NCBI GenBank assembly: GCA_965237955.1
Contig: OZ250169.1
Location: 64,001-128,000 of the forward strand
Origin: Candidatus Marinacidobacterales bacterium
GTDB taxonomy: Bacteria > Acidobacteriota > Vicinamibacteria > Marinacidobacterales > SMYC01
Direction of reading: 5' to 3'
DNA length: 64,000 nt
Shown: in pieces, positions 58,289 through 64,000 of the stretch
Position numbering within the stretch: position 1 is the stretch's first letter
Layout of the letters: each line of letters starts with the position of its first letter
Made by a program: the position numbers and the translations under genes
The notes under the pieces: generated by a model
The model's database searches: none
Seen by the model: the letters and a program-made list of their open reading frames with translations, nothing else
What the model was told of the DNA's origin: nothing

Positions 58289-58304
58289 TCTATCTGAGAA
58301 TAGA
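58289..58304. promoter_or_regulatory. Palindromic upstream site TCTAT-N6-ATAGA (T4)
   Basis: TCTATCTGAGAATAGA, 150 bp from the promoter. Confidence 0.6.
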
Positions 58305-58395
58305 TTGGAGGGACTAGCGACTGACGAATCCGTCGTTCAGAATTATGGATCGGCCCTTCGGGGGATTGGATATTTGGTGCTTCCGCCATCAAGTT

Positions 58396-58700
58396 GCCTT
58401 GGTGCACAACTCCGATAGAGGCCGAGAGCTCGCTTGCTCCCCGACTCCCATCATCCGATCATCTCGCTATCAGGCATCCCGAGCGCCGTCATGGTGTTGA
58501 GAATCTTGCACCCGATCCTTGCCTCGACTCTCTGTGCCGCCAACCCTCTCGCTCGCATCGCTGAGCCCACGATAGCCTTGTAGCGATGGAACGTTGTCTC
58601 GACTTTGCTCCGTTTGCTGTAGCCCGATTCTGTGTGCCACTTTCGTTTGCCGAGCCGAGCTTGTGCTGCAATGTTGCGATTGCGCTGTCTATCTCGACCA
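58396..58700 (-). pseudogene. IS5-family (IS903-like) transposase 3' end with terminal repeat
   Basis: RKWHTESGYSKRSKVETTFHRYKAIVG..LNTMTALGMPDS; end sequence GCCTTGGTGCACAACTC. Confidence 0.8.
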
Positions 58701-58805
58701 CTGGCTGGAAACCGCCGCGCGACCAGGAGTACGACAGAGGACCTACGACGGGTACGAGGGGTTGCTCCAGCGTCACGTGCGCCCACCCCTCGGCGACCGC
58801 AGGCT
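58690..58805 (+). pseudogene. Tyrosine integrase N-terminal (SAM-like) fragment
   Basis: YLDHWLETAARPGVRQRTYDGYEGLLQRHVRPPLGDRRL. Confidence 0.65.
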
Positions 58806-58917
58806 GCCTTGGTGCATAAATACAGGTAAGTCATTGATTCCATTGACTCTGCTATTTTTGCACCAAAAACGTAACCTGCTGATTCCTTTAGAGTTGTCCA
58901 GAGTTATGCACCAAGGC
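58806..58917. mobile_element. MITE-like element with IS5/IS903-type ends
   Basis: GCCTTGGTGCATAA..TTATGCACCAAGGC, 112 bp with an AT-rich interior. Confidence 0.65.
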
Positions 58918-59058
58918 AACCCGAACTTGCGATTCAGCGCGAGGAGGATCCAAACGACGCCGATGCCGATAGTCAGAAACTTGACGTTGTCCCACGTGAA
59001 ATAGCCGACCAGCCTCTGAACGTACCCAAAGGCCAGCTCTATGAATTCCGTCAACAGA

Positions 59059-59928
59059 CTACTCGCCGAGGTCGAGACTCTTTAGATAATCGCGGAATGG
59101 AGCGCCAAGATCCGATCGGCTCAGCGCGTACTCGACGCTGGCCTTCAGAAATCCGAGCTTGTTTCCACAATCGTGGCGGACGCCTTCAAACTCGAAGCCG
59201 TAGATGGGGGTTTCCGACAAGAGAGACTCGAGCGCGTTGGTAAGCTGGATCTCGCCACCCGCGTCGGTTCCTGTCTTTTGCACGTGCTCGAAGATCGCCG
59301 GCGTCAGAATGTAGCGCCCGATGATCGCGAGATCGGACGGCGCTTCATCTGCGGGCGGCTTCTCCACGAGTCGGCTTACTCGATGGAGGCGCTCGCCTTC
59401 GGACGTCGCGGCGATGACCCCGTAACTCGAGATCTCGTCACCGGGAACGCGCATGACCGCGAGGACCGGCGCTTTCACCTGCTCGTAGACCTCGATCATC
59501 TGCTGAATACAAGGGACGTCCGAAGCCACGAGATCGTCGCCGAGAAGCACGGCGAATGCCTCGTCGCCGACGAGGGGCTCCGCCACCGCGACCGCATGCC
59601 CGAGCCCGAGCGCTTCCTTCTGACGCACGTAGGAGACGTTGACGAGGTCCGAGATCGCCTTGATGATCTCGAGCTCTTTCACCTTGCCCTTGTCTTCGAG
59701 AAATCGCTCGAGCTCGAACGAAACGTCGAAGTGGTCTTCGATCGCGGTCTTGCCACGGCCGGTCACGATGATCACGTTCGTGATCCCCGCGCCCACCGAC
59801 TCTTCGACCACGTATTGGATCAGCGGCTTGTCGACGAGGGGCAGCATTTCTTTCGGCTGTGCTTTCGTGGCCGGAAGGAACCGGGTACCGAGTCCCGCGG
59901 CAGGGAGAACGGCCTTGTTGATGCTCAT
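59059..59928 (-). CDS. galU: UTP--glucose-1-phosphate uridylyltransferase
   Basis: KAVLPAAGLGTRFLPATKAQPKEMLP, LGLGHA, VEKP and GEIQLT. Confidence 0.97.
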   Translation of the reverse strand: MSINKAVLPAAGLGTRFLPATKAQPKEMLPLVDKPLIQYVVEESVGAGITNVIIVTGRGKTAIEDHFDVSFELERFLEDKGKVKELEIIKAISDLVNVSYVRQKEALGLGHAVAVAEPLVGDEAFAVLLGDDLVASDVPCIQQMIEVYEQVKAPVLAVMRVPGDEISSYGVIAATSEGERLHRVSRLVEKPPADEAPSDLAIIGRYILTPAIFEHVQKTGTDAGGEIQLTNALESLLSETPIYGFEFEGVRHDCGNKLGFLKASVEYALSRSDLGAPFRDYLKSLDLGE

Positions 59929-60048
59929 GAGCTCAGTTTTTTCCTATGGATCCGGGTAGTGTTTCGATGATGTTTCGGGCAGCAAAGATAGGCTCGCATG
60001 GCTAGCGCTCTCACGCAAGCGGAAAGAGCGCGATGTTACAATGACGCC

Positions 60049-61338
60049 GTGCTCGACTTGAACTTCATCACTGAAAACGTGGACTTCGTCGCACAAAAAC
60101 TTCGCGATCGCGGTGCCGACGTCGATCTCGACGCACTCGCGCGCCTCAACCACGAGCGCAAGAGCCTGCAGACCGAAATCAGCACGATGCGCCACGAACA
60201 CGGGTCCGAGTCGAAGAAGATCGGAGCGCTCTTCAAGGAGGGCAAGAAGGACGAAGCGGAAGCTCTCCGGGCTCGACTCCGAGACGCCTCGGACGCCATC
60301 AAAGCGAAAGAGGACCGCCAGCGAGAGGTCGAAGCCGAAACCCAAGACCTTCTGATCCGGCTCCCCAACCTGGCGCACGATAGCGTACCTGTCGGGAACG
60401 ATGAATCGGCCAACGAAGAAGTGCGCCGCTGGGGCGAGCCGCGCTCGTTCGACTTCACGCCCAAGCCGCACTGGGATCTCGGCGAAGCGCTCGGAATCCT
60501 CGACTTCAACCGCGCTGCCAAGATGGCGGGCGCGCGGTTCGCGGTTCTCGACGGGCTCGGTGCCCGGCTCGAGCGCGCTCTCATCAACTTCATGCTCGAC
60601 GTCCACACGAAAGAGCACGGCTACCGCGAGATGCTGCCGCCGTTCATGGCCAACGCCGACGCGCTCTTCGGAACCGGACAACTCCCGAAATTCGAAGAAG
60701 AGCTGTTCAAGGTGCGAGCGGATCGAGATCTCTACCTCGTGCCCACGGCAGAGGTACCGCTCACGAACCTACACCGTGACGAGATCCTCGAAGCCGACGA
60801 GCTGCCGCGGTACTACACGGCGTTCACGCCTTGTTTTCGCAGCGAAGCGGGCTCCTACGGCAAAGACGTCCGCGGTCTGATCCGCCTCCATCAATTCAAC
60901 AAGGTCGAGCTGGTTAAGTTCACCGACGCCGAGAGCTCATACGACGAGCTCGAGAAGCTCACTCGAGACGCCGAGTCGATTCTGCAGAGACTCGAGCTGC
61001 CGTATCGGGTGGTGACGCTCTCGACGGGCGACACGGGTTTTTCCGCCGCGAAGACCTACGACCTCGAAGTGTGGCTCCCGTCGCAGAAGACCTACCGCGA
61101 GATCAGCTCGTGTAGCAATTGCACCGATTTCCAAGCGCGTCGAGCACGCATTCGCTACCGTCCTGCCGCCAAGGGGAAGCCGCGGTTTTGCCACACGCTG
61201 AATGGGTCAGGGCTCGCCGTGGGAAGAACGTGGCTTGCGATTGTCGAGAACTATCAGAACGAAGACGGCACCATCGACGTGCCCGAGGCGCTTGGCCCCT
61301 ACCTCGACGGTCTCGAGCGCATCACGCGCGATCGTTAG
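60049..61338 (+). CDS. serS: Seryl-tRNA synthetase
   Basis: MLD start (GTG), [30 protein letters not shown] and HTLNGSGLA. Confidence 0.97.
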   Translation: MLDLNFITENVDFVAQKLRDRGADVDLDALARLNHERKSLQTEISTMRHEHGSESKKIGALFKEGKKDEAEALRARLRDASDAIKAKEDRQREVEAETQDLLIRLPNLAHDSVPVGNDESANEEVRRWGEPRSFDFTPKPHWDLGEALGILDFNRAAKMAGARFAVLDGLGARLERALINFMLDVHTKEHGYREMLPPFMANADALFGTGQLPKFEEELFKVRADRDLYLVPTAEVPLTNLHRDEILEADELPRYYTAFTPCFRSEAGSYGKDVRGLIRLHQFNKVELVKFTDAESSYDELEKLTRDAESILQRLELPYRVVTLSTGDTGFSAAKTYDLEVWLPSQKTYREISSCSNCTDFQARRARIRYRPAAKGKPRFCHTLNGSGLAVGRTWLAIVENYQNEDGTIDVPEALGPYLDGLERITRDR

Positions 61339-62714
61339 CGTTTCTTCTCTTCGACCGTGGTGGCGGGAACGGGCGCCGGTAGCGACAAGCTACCAATCCC
61401 ATCTTTCCATGCTGGCGGCTCCGGTCGACCCAGCAAGAAGCCTTGACCATAGGTGATGCCGATCTCGAGCAGCGTCTCGTGCTCTTCGCGACGCTCGATA
61501 CCTTCGGCGACCACGGTCGAGCCCATCTTGTCGGCCATCACTTTGAGCGCGCGCACCATCTCCCGACGGACGTAGCTGGTATCGACGTGACGGATCAAGC
61601 CGATGTCGAACTTCAGATACTTCGGCTCTAGCCACGCAATCCGCTCGAGGCCCGAGTAGCCGGCACCGATGTCGTCGATCCCGATGTTGATCCCGAGCTC
61701 GGTGAACTGACGCACGGCGTCACCGAAAAGCGTGTAGTTCTCGATGACGTACGTCTCGGTCAGCTCGAACACGAGCTGTTTCGGCTCGAGTCCTGACTCT
61801 TCCAAGAAGCGCAGTATGCCGTCTCCTTGAAGCGCGGGGTCGTACATCGAAGACGGCAAAATGTTGACGAACAGTTTCGTCTCCGATGGGAACCCCTTTG
61901 CGTTTTTGAGAGCTTTCTGGCGGCACAGACGGTCGAGCTCGAACGCGAGGTTTCCCTCTTCGGCGGTCGCGAACAGATCGAGAGGGCTCTGAAAGTCGGA
62001 GCCCGCGGGGCCGCGACTGAGAGCTTCGAAACCCATCGTCTTGTTCTCCGCCATGTCGACGATTGGCTGGTACACGGTGCCGACTTCCTCGTGGATGAGA
62101 AGCTCTTGCAGCAGGCAGCGCTCACGAAACTGTCGTTCGGAGCGCACGAGGCGAACGCACTCCCATGCGTCTTGAACTAAACGCGACACCAGCCTGTCCG
62201 GCGATATGAGCGGGTTTTGGAGGACGAGGCTGTATCCGACCACGATTCGAGTACGGCCGTGCAGATAGGGAGATGCCATGCGTGCCAGGCTCGCATTCAA
62301 ATAGTTCTCGACGCGGTGAGCGAGGGCTTCGAGCTCGTTCAATCGTGCCGCACCACCGCGCTCCGGCGGGGTCAAGAACACGAGGAATCCGTCACCACCT
62401 CGATCGCTCGAAGCGAACACATCCGTACCCCGCACCTCGGTTCCCGAGAGCTCGAGGATTAGAGTCGTGGCACTATCGAGAACTTCGTTGTAAGCGCGCG
62501 AGCCGTAGCTGAGCTCGACTTGGCCGAGCGGAGTGAGATCGACGAGGAGGGCGGCGAGGCCGCCGTGCTTCCTGAGAATGGGAAGCAAGTCGTCCATGCG
62601 CTCCACATAGGTTGCGGGCTTGTCTCGCGGCACGGTTTTGTCCTCTATTTTGGGAATCCAGGAGTTTCTTGCAAGAAACGTGCTGGGCAGCGCCTTCGCC
62701 GGATCGGCGTGCAA
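61335..62714 (-). CDS. EAL-domain protein with a degenerate GGDEF-like N-terminal region
   Basis: [38 protein letters not shown] and GQG. N-terminal GGDGF. Start uncertain. Confidence 0.88.
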   Translation of the reverse strand: MHADPAKALPSTFLARNSWIPKIEDKTVPRDKPATYVERMDDLLPILRKHGGLAALLVDLTPLGQVELSYGSRAYNEVLDSATTLILELSGTEVRGTDVFASSDRGGDGFLVFLTPPERGGAARLNELEALAHRVENYLNASLARMASPYLHGRTRIVVGYSLVLQNPLISPDRLVSRLVQDAWECVRLVRSERQFRERCLLQELLIHEEVGTVYQPIVDMAENKTMGFEALSRGPAGSDFQSPLDLFATAEEGNLAFELDRLCRQKALKNAKGFPSETKLFVNILPSSMYDPALQGDGILRFLEESGLEPKQLVFELTETYVIENYTLFGDAVRQFTELGINIGIDDIGAGYSGLERIAWLEPKYLKFDIGLIRHVDTSYVRREMVRALKVMADKMGSTVVAEGIERREEHETLLEIGITYGQGFLLGRPEPPAWKDGIGSLSLPAPVPATTVEEKKR

Positions 62715-62835
62715 GCCATTCTAATACAACGGCTTATAGGTGAAGCTACGTTCGACTACGGCCGAGGAGCGTTGCCGAAACCCCACACGACGTTGGGCTT
62801 TGGCCGCAACTTACAATAAGCTTCGAACACTCTGA

Positions 62836-62921
62836 GGAGGGATGGCCGAGCGGTTTAAGGCGGCGGTCTTGAAAACCGTTGACCGAAAGGTCCGGGGGTT
62901 CGAATCCCTCTCCCTCCGCCA
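62836..62921 (+). tRNA. tRNA-Ser (TGA)
   Basis: GGAGGGA/TCCCTCC acceptor stem, anticodon loop CTTGAAA, long variable arm, GGTTCGAATCC and 3' GCCA. Confidence 0.97.
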
Positions 62922-64000
62922 CCCAGTCTGGCCAATTGTGGCACTGCAGAGACGGGTGAGATTTTCCGCGCAGTTGGCGGGGTTTTGGAGGGGTAGGTGG
63001 CACCAGAGACGCGCTAGAAGGGCTGAAAAGACCTCATTTTCGGTTTTCGTCTCTAATCTCTATTTTCGAGTGCCAAGTTTGCGCCAAATAAGGGAATAGG
63101 CGCTGACCGGGCCATGCGGGCGGCGGGAAAAGAGGCAACCCGAGAGGCCCAGAATCGACGCCGTGGCTACCGCGGCGTAGCTGCCCTAGCACGTTCTGGT
63201 CCAGGTGCGCCTAGGCCTAGGCCTCCTTGATGCCCCTATCTTGCTCTCGAATTGGACCTCAACCAAGGTCCGCCAAGACTTGAGCAAAGCTTCCTCCTGC
63301 AAAGCCGACGATGGCGTCGTCGGGTCGACCAGCACGAAACAGCCGACATGGCAGGTCTAAACCGCGCAATCAACGCTGGATCGACTTTTTGCGGAGCACA
63401 ACTAAGCTGCTGATTTATGGTCCATTTCAAAAAGGCCGAGTTTTGGCACAGGACGGGAGCCTGATCCGGCGCTCGATTCGAATGGCGCCCTCATGCGCCC
63501 CGAAACACGAGCGGGAGCTCACTAAATGCAGAGACTTTGTGTCTCAAAATCATTGACACATTCCGGGCGCATCGGTCTTCATGGGACCATTCTGTCAGTC
63601 ACTAGCTCAATTTGACAGCAATGGCACCGCCCGCGTGGGCGGAGGTCATCGGGGAGTGACCGAAATCGTTCGTTCACTCGAAAGTACCTAACCGAGAGGC
63701 CCCGTTCCTGCGATTCTTCCCCGGCACACAGCCAATGCACCGTGGTCACTACTTGAAGCCGCGTCTACCACCGCGCCGTGAGGCTGGATTTTGAATGCCG
63801 TGGTCCGCGCCTCCCTGGCCCAGAGGGCTACGGCGGTGCGACGCAACATTGTTCCGGGGGGCGAGCAGATCGAGTCGGCTGCGATGCCGCGCGGCTCGCG
63901 GCGCCTCGATCCGCGTTGGCGCTACCGCACGAAGGAGGGAGATGCCGCGCTAGCCATTGACGGGGACATGCGCACCGCGTGGACTGTTTCGCGCCCACTC

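Noticed and set aside
62922-63120. tRNA-Ser as the attachment site of the island
   Set aside because: I found no duplicated tRNA 3' end in the window, and core genes separate the tRNA from the integrase fragment.
63620-63705. Assignment as a ZTP or c-di-AMP riboswitch
   Set aside because: Only isolated words match and the required order and 5' elements are missing. It is kept only as an unassigned candidate.

Overview
The first ~58.9 kb of this GC-rich bacterial window is a heavily decayed accessory island. It is followed by core genes (galU, serS, an EAL-domain gene, tRNA-Ser). The gene content (Oar-like TonB-dependent receptors, CRTAC1/ASPIC proteins, S9 and S41 peptidases) suggests an Acidobacteriota-like organism, but this is inference only. 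The island holds nine IS copies whose ends can be mapped (four IS3-family, three IS21, one IS256, one ISL3), two of them nested inside other IS. It also has remnants of IS5/IS903, IS91, IS21 and a tyrosine integrase, and duplicated secreted or surface-protein genes, usually with one copy inactivated. Two things stand out. (1) Four paralogous TonB-dependent receptor modules carry a sigma54 promoter with an invariant TCTAT-N6-ATAGA palindrome 148-150 bp upstream, intact in three modules and eroded in the fourth. Their sequences are patchwork mosaics and they carry Cys/His loop motifs. (2) A 644-nt ORF-less group II intron sits precisely in an IS5-type transposase, with EBS/IBS pairing visible in the sequence.
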